From positions 5,450-69,449 of the IMG/VR virus record IMGVR_UViG_3300014887_000002: DNA of 64,000 bases; one strand, 5' to 3'. The notes below the pieces were generated by a model that worked only from the letters and a program-made list of their open reading frames with translations, was not told the DNA's origin and did no database searches. Below, piece after piece: positions 20,241 to 29,361 of this stretch; the stretch's first letter is position 1; each line of letters begins with the position of its first letter. The stretch comes from a virus. The translations under genes were made by a program, and so were the position numbers.

Positions 20241-20258
20241 AATTAGGTCCTAGACCCT

Positions 20259-20380
20259 GCAAAATTTTCGCTTCTAAGGCCTCTAACACGGCCGTAGAGA
20301 CGTTTTTCAACGCTGCGAATGGTAAAGTACTTGTGACGAAGGAAACTCGCCTCAGAATCGATTTCTGTGCGTTTTACGGC
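20259..20380 (+). repeat. dispersed ~120-bp element, copy B
   Basis: CGTAGAGACG arm, core CGAATGGTAAAGTACTTG (20316-20333), TCGCCTCAGAATCGATTT arm. Confidence 0.8.
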
Positions 20381-20400
20381 CATATTAGTGGAATAGGACT

Positions 20401-20670
20401 ATGCGCCTTAAGCAGGTAAATGATCTGGAATTTAAAGTTCGATTCTATACATTCCCGGATAAAGTAGCCTTCATAGACTTCATGAAGAAGCTAGAGGGCA
20501 AATGGAAAGTGAGGACTAAGCGGATAATATGGCGATATGACTCGCCTGTAGCCAACAGATGTCATATAGGCACAAAATACGCATACATAAGGCTGATGGA
20601 TGAGCATGAGAAGGAGAGGTTCCTCAAGGCATGGGAAGAGACTTTCAAGGATCAAGAGAGCAGTGATTAA
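20401..20670 (+). CDS. hypothetical protein
   Basis: ORF. Confidence 0.5.
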   Translation: MRLKQVNDLEFKVRFYTFPDKVAFIDFMKKLEGKWKVRTKRIIWRYDSPVANRCHIGTKYAYIRLMDEHEKERFLKAWEETFKDQESSD

Positions 20671-20833
20671 GTCCCTGATGTGGAGGCTACTTGGTATAAT
20701 TCTGCTTATAGTAATCAGCATTATAGTGACAGGCAGCTGGATACAGACTACTATCATCACTGTCGTCTTTCATACTATCAGGACTGTGCTCTTTGTCTTC
20801 CATGAGCTGTTGTGGGAGAGAATATGGCCGTAG
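20600..20833 (+). CDS. DUF2061-like small membrane protein
   Basis: RAVIKSLMWR...two TM helices...FHELLWERIW. Confidence 0.7.
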   Translation: MSMRRRGSSRHGKRLSRIKRAVIKSLMWRLLGIILLIVISIIVTGSWIQTTIITVVFHTIRTVLFVFHELLWERIWP

Positions 20834-21147
20834 GAAAGCATATCATAGTGGATATCTGGGACTATGACAAGTCAAAGGACCTGAAGGAAGTCCTAAGAAA
20901 GGCAGCAGAGAAAGCGAATATGAAAATCATAGGCGGAGATGCATGCTCATTTACTCCACATGGCGAGAGCATCGTCATAGTGATAGCAGAATCCCATATC
21001 TCTATCCATACATGGCCAGAGCATTCATATGCAGCTGTAGATGTCTTTTCATGTGGACCACCAGACTCGGCCTATACTGCTGCAATAGAGATCATAAAGG
21101 AGCTGCAGCCCAAGCATTATAAAGTCCAGATAGTCGACAGAGGCTGA
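20812..21147 (+). CDS. speD: S-adenosylmethionine decarboxylase proenzyme family (AdoMetDC/ArgDC fold)
   Basis: GKHIIVD, FTPHG, IAESHISIHTWPEH, DVFSCG, RG end. Confidence 0.9.
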   Translation: MGENMAVGKHIIVDIWDYDKSKDLKEVLRKAAEKANMKIIGGDACSFTPHGESIVIVIAESHISIHTWPEHSYAAVDVFSCGPPDSAYTAAIEIIKELQPKHYKVQIVDRG

Positions 21148-21149
21148 AG

Positions 21150-21278
21150 ATGCTGGTCCATTATCGCTGTAATAGCTGCGGTAGAGAATTCGTTAAGAGA
21201 ATACCGCATTTTGACTGTGCTGTTTACTGTCCGAACTGCAAAAGCAGTGATGTGAAGCTAGTTAGGATTATCCGGTGA
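21150..21278 (+). CDS. small zinc-ribbon protein (42 aa, not in ORF track)
   Basis: YRCNSCG...CPNCKS. Confidence 0.55.
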   Translation: MLVHYRCNSCGREFVKRIPHFDCAVYCPNCKSSDVKLVRIIR

Positions 21279-21282
21279 TAGC

Positions 21283-21474
21283 ATGAACTGTCCTAAGTGT
21301 GGATCAAAGACCGAAGTAGAGAAGACGATCATAAAGAAGGAGAAGACATTCAGGTATAGGCGCTGTAAAAAGTGCGGTTATCGATTTAAGACAGTCGAGA
21401 CAATCAGTGATGGCTGGGATTACAAAGGCCTACTCAAAGAAATAAAGAGCATGATCGAGTCTATAGGCCTGTGA
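21283..21474 (+). CDS. NrdR-N/Ogr-like zinc-ribbon protein
   Basis: MNCPKCGSKT...RYRRCKKCGYRFKTVE. Confidence 0.7.
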   Translation: MNCPKCGSKTEVEKTIIKKEKTFRYRRCKKCGYRFKTVETISDGWDYKGLLKEIKSMIESIGL

Positions 21475-21497
21475 TATGTTCCAAATAAGTCGGCAGA

Positions 21498-21848
21498 ATG
21501 GGAAGAGCTGAAATTGTCTATACCATAAGGCTCTCCAATCCTTTGTTATTAAGGCGTTATAGCCGAGATGACATATTGGAGTATACGTATGAATTGGATG
21601 GCGGCGGTCTCTATTTCCTGTTTGACAGAGAGGAACTAGTTTATGTCGGCCAAAGCTCACATTTATTCGATAGAATCCATAATCACTTACACAGCGATAA
21701 GCAATTCGATTCGATTGCCATAATTCCTTGCTCAGACCAGTACGTGCGTGAAATAGCTGAGATGCTGTATATCAAGGAATTTAATCCGCGATATAATAAG
21801 CAGTTCAATAACAAGAGTGACCTATGGCGGAGAGAAGTGATCGTATAA
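21498..21848 (+). CDS. GIY-YIG nuclease-family protein
   Basis: GLYFL...YVGQS...RI..H...E...I....PRYN. Confidence 0.8.
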   Translation: MGRAEIVYTIRLSNPLLLRRYSRDDILEYTYELDGGGLYFLFDREELVYVGQSSHLFDRIHNHLHSDKQFDSIAIIPCSDQYVREIAEMLYIKEFNPRYNKQFNNKSDLWRREVIV

Positions 21849-22903
21849 GGATCTCAGTCATCATAAAATCAAATAGGACCGATGCAGATACCGACATCAG
21901 CTTCTGGAAGGATAAGCAGCATCTGGACGTCATAGACGAGGACATAAGGGATGTCTGGGCTGAATCATTTTCGGGCATCTCGTCTTACCTAGAGCCGACT
22001 CTAAAATCATTGAGCCAATCGATCTTTAGGGACTTTGAGCTAGTCCTTGTCCATAGACATCCAGAGACAGTCCTAGAGACAGTTAAGAAATACGGCAAGC
22101 AGTTGAAGATAAAGCTAGTCTCCGAAAAGAAGAGCATATGGCATGACTTAGGCTCTGACTATTGCACGATATCCAATGCAATTAACACAGGGATAATCTG
22201 GGCAGATGGAGAGCTCCTAGTAAGCGCTGATGACTGCTCTATATGGGACTCTGCTTTGTTGGCTGAAATATGGGATTTATGGCAACGAGGCGAATATGCA
22301 ATCCCAAAGGCAGTGAAGTATGTCCTTAATAGCCAGAATGCAGAGACTGATAGATGGCATAAACGGACTAAGCTGCGATATGGCGTTATAAGAGAAGAGA
22401 CGCTATATCAGCTTAAGCCTGGAGATGTGTGGCTGCCAACATACGGCTACTGCTTCTCAGTCTCCTTAAAGGATGCCCTGCTGCTAAATGGTTTTGATGA
22501 GTCCTTAGATGGAGCTATGCATGGAGAAGACGGCGATTTTGGAGAGCGATTGTCTCTCATAACAGATGCTATACGCAGAATAACAGCTGCAAAGATCTAT
22601 TTCTTTGGTCATAGCTATAAGAACGTGAAAGATTATAGGCTAGTTCGAGATAATCGCAAATTCAAGGAATTTTTAAGGCAGAGGCCATTTCCACCTGAGC
22701 GTGTAAGAGCTAATGTTTGGAGGCCATCTAAGGCTGTCTGTGAAATGTATAAGCGATGGCATTTAGAGACATACGGTGACATAGACGAGAATTTCGATAA
22801 ATGCAGAGAAGTTGAGACATTCCTTTTAAAGAATCTCAGACGCCTAAGAAAGGCTGGCAAGGTCTCCGATAAGACTGGCAGGCTATATTATTCCTCGATC
22901 TGA
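21824..22903 (+). CDS. GT-A fold (GT2-like) glycosyltransferase
   Basis: LKSLSQS..DFELVLV, AINTG, ADDC, NGFDE, GEDGDFGERL. Confidence 0.75.
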   Translation: MAERSDRIRISVIIKSNRTDADTDISFWKDKQHLDVIDEDIRDVWAESFSGISSYLEPTLKSLSQSIFRDFELVLVHRHPETVLETVKKYGKQLKIKLVSEKKSIWHDLGSDYCTISNAINTGIIWADGELLVSADDCSIWDSALLAEIWDLWQRGEYAIPKAVKYVLNSQNAETDRWHKRTKLRYGVIREETLYQLKPGDVWLPTYGYCFSVSLKDALLLNGFDESLDGAMHGEDGDFGERLSLITDAIRRITAAKIYFFGHSYKNVKDYRLVRDNRKFKEFLRQRPFPPERVRANVWRPSKAVCEMYKRWHLETYGDIDENFDKCREVETFLLKNLRRLRKAGKVSDKTGRLYYSSI

Positions 22904-22905
22904 GT

Positions 22906-23814
22906 ATGAGATTTGTGCAGATCCAGACGGTATCATATTGCAATGCTAGATGCATTATATGTCCGCATAAGGATTCATGGATGAAGACCCATCCTGGCTC
23001 AATGTCTGATAGTCTCTATGAGAAGATATTGACTGAGCTTACAGAATGGGAGGAAGAGCTCAATACCGGCAAGATGTGTCCATATCTGATGAATGAGCCA
23101 TTCTGCGATCCTAAGATCATAGACCGTATAAGGCTAATGCGGGAGATGTTCCCAAATGCCCTCATTGAAGTCTCCACTAATGCAGAGCTATTAACACCAG
23201 ATAAATCCAGGCAGCTAATAGACATCCTAGCCGATTCAAGGCATGACATCTGGATAAGCAGACATGGCATAACTCCAGAGGATGTTAGAAAGAATATGGG
23301 CATAGACGGCAATAAATCGTTAGAAAACATCATCTATCTGTTAAAAGAAGCTGATGGTAGACTCACCATAGCGATTAAGGGCTTCCTATACTCCTTCGAT
23401 AGCAAAGTCATATTAAGTAAGCCTAGAGCATTCGAGAGATATTGGCAGAAGCTATTCAAAGAGCATGACATCAAAACTAACAATATTCGAGTAATTGCCA
23501 AATCTTTCCATGACAGGTCAGGCAATGTCAGAATTAGAGGATGGCAAAAGCCAGCTATAGTTAGACACATAGGCCCCAAGAATAAGTTCTATTGTCCAAG
23601 AGTGGATCAATGGCTACATATACTCTGGAATGGTGATGTGATCCTGTGCTGTAATGACTACCAACATGAGGCTTGCTTTGGCAATGTCAAGAATAAAGCC
23701 ATAAAGGACATATTGAAGAGCGATAGCTATAAACGTATCCGAGATATGGTCTGTGGCAATGTAGAGACTCCACGAGATTTCATATGCAATAGATGCACGA
23801 GAAAAGGAGGTTAA
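22906..23814 (+). CDS. radical SAM protein with SPASM/twitch domain
   Basis: CNARCIICP; NEP; CPR...GDVILCCND...FGNV...CNRC. Confidence 0.9.
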   Translation: MRFVQIQTVSYCNARCIICPHKDSWMKTHPGSMSDSLYEKILTELTEWEEELNTGKMCPYLMNEPFCDPKIIDRIRLMREMFPNALIEVSTNAELLTPDKSRQLIDILADSRHDIWISRHGITPEDVRKNMGIDGNKSLENIIYLLKEADGRLTIAIKGFLYSFDSKVILSKPRAFERYWQKLFKEHDIKTNNIRVIAKSFHDRSGNVRIRGWQKPAIVRHIGPKNKFYCPRVDQWLHILWNGDVILCCNDYQHEACFGNVKNKAIKDILKSDSYKRIRDMVCGNVETPRDFICNRCTRKGG

Positions 23815-23820
23815 AAAAAG

Positions 23821-24312
23821 ATGAATAAGCTCGAAAGAATCGCCGTCGCCTTATTCGGACTAGCGCTTGCGCTGTCAATGGCACTAAATGTTGCCTTAAT
23901 CGGCAGACTCAAAGAAGAATCGGAAATGCCACCGATCCATCTTTCCCGAAGGATATCTGCAAACGAATTGCACCATTTACTCTCCGAAAAATTTCCTTAT
24001 GCACGCATATTCATTACAGATGAGTGGTATTATCTCATAAGCAAAAGAGATTTCGACAGACTTCTAGCTTACGATAAAACAGATTGTCATAGGTATATTC
24101 GAGTAATCTATGACTGCGATGACTTTGCCTTTGACTTTTGGAGGAATATAACGAGGCACTACCATATTGCTATGGGTGTGGCATTTGTTCTGACTGGTAA
24201 AGGAGCTCATGCTATCAACTTCTATGTGGACGAGAACTGCAGCGTGTATCTGATAGAGCCTCAGTCCGACCGGTATGTCCAATATGACTTCGTTTATCAG
24301 CTGCTGTTCTGA
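23821..24312 (+). CDS. membrane-anchored papain/transglutaminase-like protein
   Basis: N-terminal TM; YDCDDFA, HAINF, IEPQSD give a putative Cys-His-Glu triad. Confidence 0.65.
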   Translation: MNKLERIAVALFGLALALSMALNVALIGRLKEESEMPPIHLSRRISANELHHLLSEKFPYARIFITDEWYYLISKRDFDRLLAYDKTDCHRYIRVIYDCDDFAFDFWRNITRHYHIAMGVAFVLTGKGAHAINFYVDENCSVYLIEPQSDRYVQYDFVYQLLF

Positions 24313-24320
24313 GAAAAATG

Positions 24321-24440
24321 CCGAATAAGGCCATTTTTAGGCTCGTAGAGACGACTTTGATGCTCGCAAGTACTTTACCATTCGGAAGCTCAGAGAAGCG
24401 CTCTACGAGGCTGTTAGGCCCGTTTAACGCAAAAATTTGA
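24321..24440 (-). repeat. dispersed ~120-bp element, copy C (inverted)
   Basis: CAAGTACTTTACCATTCG (24367-24384) is the exact reverse complement of the copy B core; CTCGTAGAG / CTCTACGAG arms. Confidence 0.8.
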
Positions 24441-24460
24441 GGAGGTCCTAGACCCCGAAA

Positions 24461-25351
24461 ATGGCATATTCAGACTTAGTCACGGCTAATATCAAGACCT
24501 TCCTAAGGCCGGCTAAATTCAAAGCTACTCTGGACTATGTCATAAAAGCCGGTGTCCAAAAAGTAGTAGTAGGCTATGACGGTCCTAAGGAGCTGCTAGA
24601 AGAGCATAAGGCTATATGCGATGAATACAAGGACAAGATCGAGTCATTGGCCTTTAGAGCCTATCCATTTAATCTAGGCATAAGCGCTGTAAGAAATAGA
24701 ATGCTTAGCCTAAGCAAGACGAAGTATATACTGCTGCTAGATGATGATCAGTATGTCCCAGCTCATACGCTAGGAGCCATAGAGTTGATGGAGAAGTATG
24801 ACGATATTGGCGCTGTAGGCTTTGGATGGATCTTGCCTAATAAGTTTGAGATAGACGCGCATGATATCAAGCTAGTTAACGGCTACTATGTCCGAGTATT
24901 AGCCGGCGAAAAAGAAGGCGAATTTATCAATGGTCATCCATTCCTCTATGCCTTTGACTTCATTCCTAATAGCGCCATATTCAGGAAGGCTATATTCAGG
25001 GATGTCGCATGGGATGAGGCCTATAAGATCAATAGAGAGCATGAGGACTACTTCCTAGCTCATAAGCAGCTAGGCAAATGGCGATTTGCTATCGACTTAG
25101 GCGTATGGGTCTATCATGATATTGGTGGAGAAGAAGAGTATGCAGGCTATAGAAAAGGCATAGAGGCCAAAAGGAGTGTGAGATACTTCCGGAAGAAATG
25201 GCAGCTAAAGGGCATAGTGGGCAATCCCAGGCATCATACCAAGCTATTGGACTCATATGGCTATTTGATGCATGCTACGGACTATATGAAGCAGCTCTTA
25301 GAAAAGGCGATATTGGACAAGGTCAGCGAGGATGAGCTATTCCTATACTAA
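24461..25351 (+). CDS. GT2-family glycosyltransferase
   Basis: IKTFLRP, GYDG, NLGISAVRN, LLLDDD, WDE..K..REHEDYF. Confidence 0.85.
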   Translation: MAYSDLVTANIKTFLRPAKFKATLDYVIKAGVQKVVVGYDGPKELLEEHKAICDEYKDKIESLAFRAYPFNLGISAVRNRMLSLSKTKYILLLDDDQYVPAHTLGAIELMEKYDDIGAVGFGWILPNKFEIDAHDIKLVNGYYVRVLAGEKEGEFINGHPFLYAFDFIPNSAIFRKAIFRDVAWDEAYKINREHEDYFLAHKQLGKWRFAIDLGVWVYHDIGGEEEYAGYRKGIEAKRSVRYFRKKWQLKGIVGNPRHHTKLLDSYGYLMHATDYMKQLLEKAILDKVSEDELFLY

Positions 25352-25750
25352 AGAGCCTGAGATAAAGGCTTCTATTTTCACGTGAAAATCATTAGCATCA
25401 GTTATACGTTCTGAATACCGCTTTACATATATAACCGTGTCCGAATGCATCTCTGCAAGTCGAGTCCCAGATACAGGCGATAATTTAATAGTATTGGAGC
25501 CAAATGACGTATCGTAGTAAACAGGTCGGCCCAAAAGTCGATAAAGTTCGGCAACAGCTCCCGGCCTTATATTTGAGCGAAGCAGATCGCGTTGATTTCT
25601 ATTTAGATAAGTTTCGATTATTATGGTGTAATTGTCTTGGTCCCATCTAGAGCAAGGACAGGTTATTATGCTACCGCCCGAGACATAAATCCGGAGATCA
25701 TTTACAGTCATAAGCGCACACATTCCAGCCTTATTTTGAACAAATCCCAC
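25343..25750 (-). CDS. virion protein, paralogue 3 of triplicated domain
   Basis: CSRWDQDNY...PGAVAELYRLLGRP..YDT; real start probably ATG ~25711. Confidence 0.65.
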   Translation of the reverse strand: MGFVQNKAGMCALMTVNDLRIYVSGGSIITCPCSRWDQDNYTIIIETYLNRNQRDLLRSNIRPGAVAELYRLLGRPVYYDTSFGSNTIKLSPVSGTRLAEMHSDTVIYVKRYSERITDANDFHVKIEAFISGSLV

Positions 25751-26067
25751 CTCACCATATTTTCAGTGTATCTTCTCACTCCGACTTTTAAGGGACCCCG
25801 GAGGCTATAAAGGCCAGTACCTGAGAGAGGATAGATCCATAGAGTATTACCTGATGAATAAGTAGTGTCGATGAATCTCGGCTCTCCCAATATATTATAT
25901 AACTCGCTGATTGCACCAGGCGTGATTTTCGATAAAAGCTGGTCACGATCGGCCCTCTTTAATTCTATATCCAAAATGACCTCGTAGTTAGTTTCATCAA
26001 ACTCAGCACAGGGTGCAAATATCACTGTCTCATTCGGCAATACTATTTTTACTGTATTTTTCGTCAT
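25708..26067 (-). CDS. virion protein, paralogue 2 of triplicated domain
   Basis: PGAISELYNILGEPRFIDTTYS...WDLFKIRLECVRL. Confidence 0.7.
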   Translation of the reverse strand: MTKNTVKIVLPNETVIFAPCAEFDETNYEVILDIELKRADRDQLLSKITPGAISELYNILGEPRFIDTTYSSGNTLWIYPLSGTGLYSLRGPLKVGVRRYTENMVRWDLFKIRLECVRL

Positions 26068-28058
26068 AATTTAACGCATTCCAATTTTATTTTGAACAAA
26101 TCCCATCTTATCATAGTCTCTGCATAGCGTCGAACTGCAGCCGTAACAGGCGACTTTAAGGAAAAGAGACCTCGCTTCGGCTTTAGGACAAGAGTGTTTT
26201 GATTCGAATACGTCGTATCTATAAACTTTGGTTCACCCAATATATTATATAATTCCGCTACCGCTCCTGGCACAATATCAGACAAGAGTTTGTCGCGAGA
26301 ATTCTTATCAGCTATAAATTCAATAGTGATGGTGTAATTCTCTTCTTGCCATCTAGAACACCAGACAGATAGTGTTTCGTTCTTTGTTGTTATTTTGAGA
26401 TTACCAAAAATCTTAGCTACACGACGGACTAAATCGGACAAGCTCAGAATATCGGTAAGAGATATGGGAGCGGAGAGAGCAAGAAAGCCACTAAGACCCA
26501 GACTGTCGCAGAATAATTTCTCCTTTCCTATACCGAGGAAAACTGCCGGCGAGAAATAAAGATCATCTGTCAAAAGCAAAGCACCCGAAAAACCGATAAT
26601 GAGGCTGTCGGACAACATTATGCTATCTGCAAGAAGCTGACGGAGGACCTTTACGAGATAGGGCGTAAGATACAAACTCTCGAGACGGGAAAATGCAGTT
26701 TGTTTTTGAAGAAAAGCAGAAAGTGTGAACACATCCTCTAAGAGTCCTTCTCTTAATCTTTTTGCGAAAAGACTATCGTTAGGCGAGAGAAAAGCCGTTT
26801 TTACTATAGCTAGTCTGTTTAGAATAAGATCTGATAAGTTTGTGACTTCTATCAAGGCCTTCACGAGGAAAAAAATCTTATAATCAGCGAGATTGATGCC
26901 TTCCGACCAAGATACATGCGGCAGCTTGGAGAGATAATCATAAAGGAAGAGGGGGTCTTGTTTTAATATGCCGATACGAGAGCATCGACTATCTGATAGA
27001 GATGTGGTCTCTTCTTTAAGGACAGTAATATAGCGAAGGAGAGAAGGCGTTAAGCTGAGGCTATCCGTGAGAGTCTTAGAATATTCCTGACCAGATATTT
27101 CTGTCCATGAGCCAAAGGAAGACCATGTGGGTTCTGAGTCTGCATGCTTTCTTATAAAAAAGAAGTCCCAATATACTGTACCGCCATCGATGTCGCCATC
27201 CACACCAGGATATAAATTATTAAACGTCGAATCACTATGAGTCACTTCGAGTTTGTCGTCATTGTCATCATATACGTAAGCGTGAATTTCAGAAGTGCCC
27301 AATTCGAGAGTTACCCTATACCATGTATTCGTTGAAAAAGTACCTTCATTTGTTTGATAATTTTCTAAATAACCGCTCGTTTTTGTGATTCTAAGGGTCA
27401 TTCTTACGGAGCTCCTCAAATTAAAGTGATACCCTTCGATTTCATCGTAATTGTTTATACTAGTAGTTGAGGATTTCCCATAGCCAATTCCGCCATCGCA
27501 TTGCCAATCTAGATAATTCTGCTGAAATCGAGCCTCAATGGCAATCGGCCGTGAATAAGTGGTTTTCAGCTGATGCATATGCCAAGTATTACTGGTGTTT
27601 TTTCCCTTTAATCGGCTATTAGAGGTTTCCCATGTAAAGTTCGCCCCGCCAACTGTTCGAAAGTCTTCTGATTTATCGGTATCAAAGTGAGTAAAATAAA
27701 TGAAGGTGTCATCAGCCGAGCTATATTGACTTGCAGATGAATTTCCAACGAACATGTAGAATGTATTGCTACCATCACTTGGGCATTTCACCCAGATAGT
27801 TGCACTCGTAGCATCACTTTCTTCAATCCATTGAGCAAGTTGAGTGGCTGTCGAAGGCTTATTTGTCGTTCCAAAGCGAATATCGTTCGGAAAGTCTTCA
27901 CAGTGATTATCGCAATAAATTATCCCATCAGCAGTATTATCATCGCCATCGCCCGAATAGACCTTCAGCTTCATCTGATAGTCGGCACTAACATTAGCAG
28001 AGTCAGAAATATCAATCTGTTTATAGTAGGACCATCCACTAGATGGATCGAGAGCCAT
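26064..28058 (-). CDS. DUF2341 + ConA/lectin-like + repeat stalk + C-terminal triplicated domain; putative adhesin/tail fibre
   Basis: DIRF...WIE....ATIWVK...YMFVGN (DUF2341-like); beta-sandwich segment; D.L.L.D repeats; PGAVAELYNILGEP. Confidence 0.7.
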   Translation of the reverse strand: MALDPSSGWSYYKQIDISDSANVSADYQMKLKVYSGDGDDNTADGIIYCDNHCEDFPNDIRFGTTNKPSTATQLAQWIEESDATSATIWVKCPSDGSNTFYMFVGNSSASQYSSADDTFIYFTHFDTDKSEDFRTVGGANFTWETSNSRLKGKNTSNTWHMHQLKTTYSRPIAIEARFQQNYLDWQCDGGIGYGKSSTTSINNYDEIEGYHFNLRSSVRMTLRITKTSGYLENYQTNEGTFSTNTWYRVTLELGTSEIHAYVYDDNDDKLEVTHSDSTFNNLYPGVDGDIDGGTVYWDFFFIRKHADSEPTWSSFGSWTEISGQEYSKTLTDSLSLTPSLLRYITVLKEETTSLSDSRCSRIGILKQDPLFLYDYLSKLPHVSWSEGINLADYKIFFLVKALIEVTNLSDLILNRLAIVKTAFLSPNDSLFAKRLREGLLEDVFTLSAFLQKQTAFSRLESLYLTPYLVKVLRQLLADSIMLSDSLIIGFSGALLLTDDLYFSPAVFLGIGKEKLFCDSLGLSGFLALSAPISLTDILSLSDLVRRVAKIFGNLKITTKNETLSVWCSRWQEENYTITIEFIADKNSRDKLLSDIVPGAVAELYNILGEPKFIDTTYSNQNTLVLKPKRGLFSLKSPVTAAVRRYAETMIRWDLFKIKLECVKL

Positions 28059-28060
28059 GC

Positions 28061-28483
28061 TTAGTCTCTAATCCTAATATCCCACGTGTCATCAGGCAAT
28101 TGGGCCATAAATGCATGCTTCTTTATGAGCTTAGAGCCATCATCAACCCAAACCTCTAGTATTGCTCGCTTATGCTCGTCATCGGTTGTGAGGATACTCC
28201 AGAATATTACGCCTTCTTGTTTCATTAGCTCTTCCTCCGCCTTTTCTCTAAGAATATTCACCCATGGAATCTCGGACGGTCTTGGAATTGGATTCTCAGA
28301 ATACCAGTAGGAGCCATCCTCTGCTCTCCAGATATGAAGTCGCTTATAACGGACTGTATCGCCGTCCTTATACCACAGATCATACTCTTGGATCTTGCCA
28401 CCAGCAGTTGTACCTTTATCTTCTAGCTTCAGTACATCATAATGCTTCTGTATCTCACTTATCAGCTCAGTTATGCTCGGCAT
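28061..28483 (-). CDS. hypothetical protein
   Basis: ORF in virion operon. Confidence 0.55.
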   Translation of the reverse strand: MPSITELISEIQKHYDVLKLEDKGTTAGGKIQEYDLWYKDGDTVRYKRLHIWRAEDGSYWYSENPIPRPSEIPWVNILREKAEEELMKQEGVIFWSILTTDDEHKRAILEVWVDDGSKLIKKHAFMAQLPDDTWDIRIRD

Positions 28484-28509
28484 AATTTATCGCCTATGTT
28501 TTTAAACAT

Positions 28510-29361
28510 CTAACCACCAAATACTTCTCTCTCTAGACGTGCAACTTTTACTGCTATGTCATAAGGCTCGGAGCCGAAGTTAATCGTCGTAGTAAAGCCA
28601 CTTTTATCTATCCTGTGTTTATAGGAGACTATGTTGAGATTCTCGTTAAAGCCTAGATGAGGCAGCTTGAGTCTGAATTTAGAATTGAGGGATATGCCGG
28701 TAACGCCGTATATAGTAATGCTGCCAGTGTAGAGTCCATCCTTATAAGTCTCGACGATAGTTCTAGCTAAGGTCTCAGCATCATTCCTGTTGACTATTAA
28801 ATCCTCTGATCTTCTCTGGAAGTGCAGTCCATATTTTTCTATAGAGCCAGAGTCAGCATACAAACCGGTGATATTATCGTAGTTGAAGCCTAAGATGACA
28901 TCAAGCTTGTGATTAGGATCCTGACTCCACGAAGAGCCGCTATCAGTCGAATAGTAGAGGGACTTAGCTATATCCTTGACATGTAGCCAAGTGACAGCCC
29001 CCGAGATATGGGCAAAATCACCGACATCACCCTGCCCAGAGCAGGCAGTGTCTATGAGTGAGAATCGAAGGGTGGAAAAGTTATGGGGCCTACCATCGCC
29101 AAATTGGACATTGCCATCTAGCGTTAGGTCCTCCAACTTGATGGCGTCTTTGAATTCTCCGTCTATATAAAAATAAAGCTTATTGCCAGATATTCTGCAG
29201 GTATAAGAACTAGAGCCCGTAGGAAACCATAATGTAGTCTTGTGCTGTGGATAAGTTCCTTTTTTCATTCTGATCCAGGTCGAGACAAATGCTCGGACTC
29301 TCTTCTGGAACGAATCTGCAAAATAGAATGGAAAGGTATAAGGAAAGCCCTCGTTACTCAT
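28510..29361 (-). CDS. tail tip/hub-like protein, C-terminal half
   Basis: DSGSIEKYG...DAETLARTIV...GSITIYG...YKHRI...FTTTINFG resembles C-termini of hub/tail-tip proteins. Confidence 0.6.
   Translation of the reverse strand: MSNEGFPYTFPFYFADSFQKRVRAFVSTWIRMKKGTYPQHKTTLWFPTGSSSYTCRISGNKLYFYIDGEFKDAIKLEDLTLDGNVQFGDGRPHNFSTLRFSLIDTACSGQGDVGDFAHISGAVTWLHVKDIAKSLYYSTDSGSSWSQDPNHKLDVILGFNYDNITGLYADSGSIEKYGLHFQRRSEDLIVNRNDAETLARTIVETYKDGLYTGSITIYGVTGISLNSKFRLKLPHLGFNENLNIVSYKHRIDKSGFTTTINFGSEPYDIAVKVARLEREVFGG

Noticed and set aside
22906-23814. NrdG or QueE (7-deazaguanine pathway)
   Set aside because: SPASM-type C-terminus; no QueC, QueD, FolE or DpdA recognised.
25343-26420. Diversity-generating retroelement (TR/VR) behind the paralogous tail domains
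   Set aside because: No reverse transcriptase; copies differ at all base types rather than only at adenines, and all are intact ORFs.
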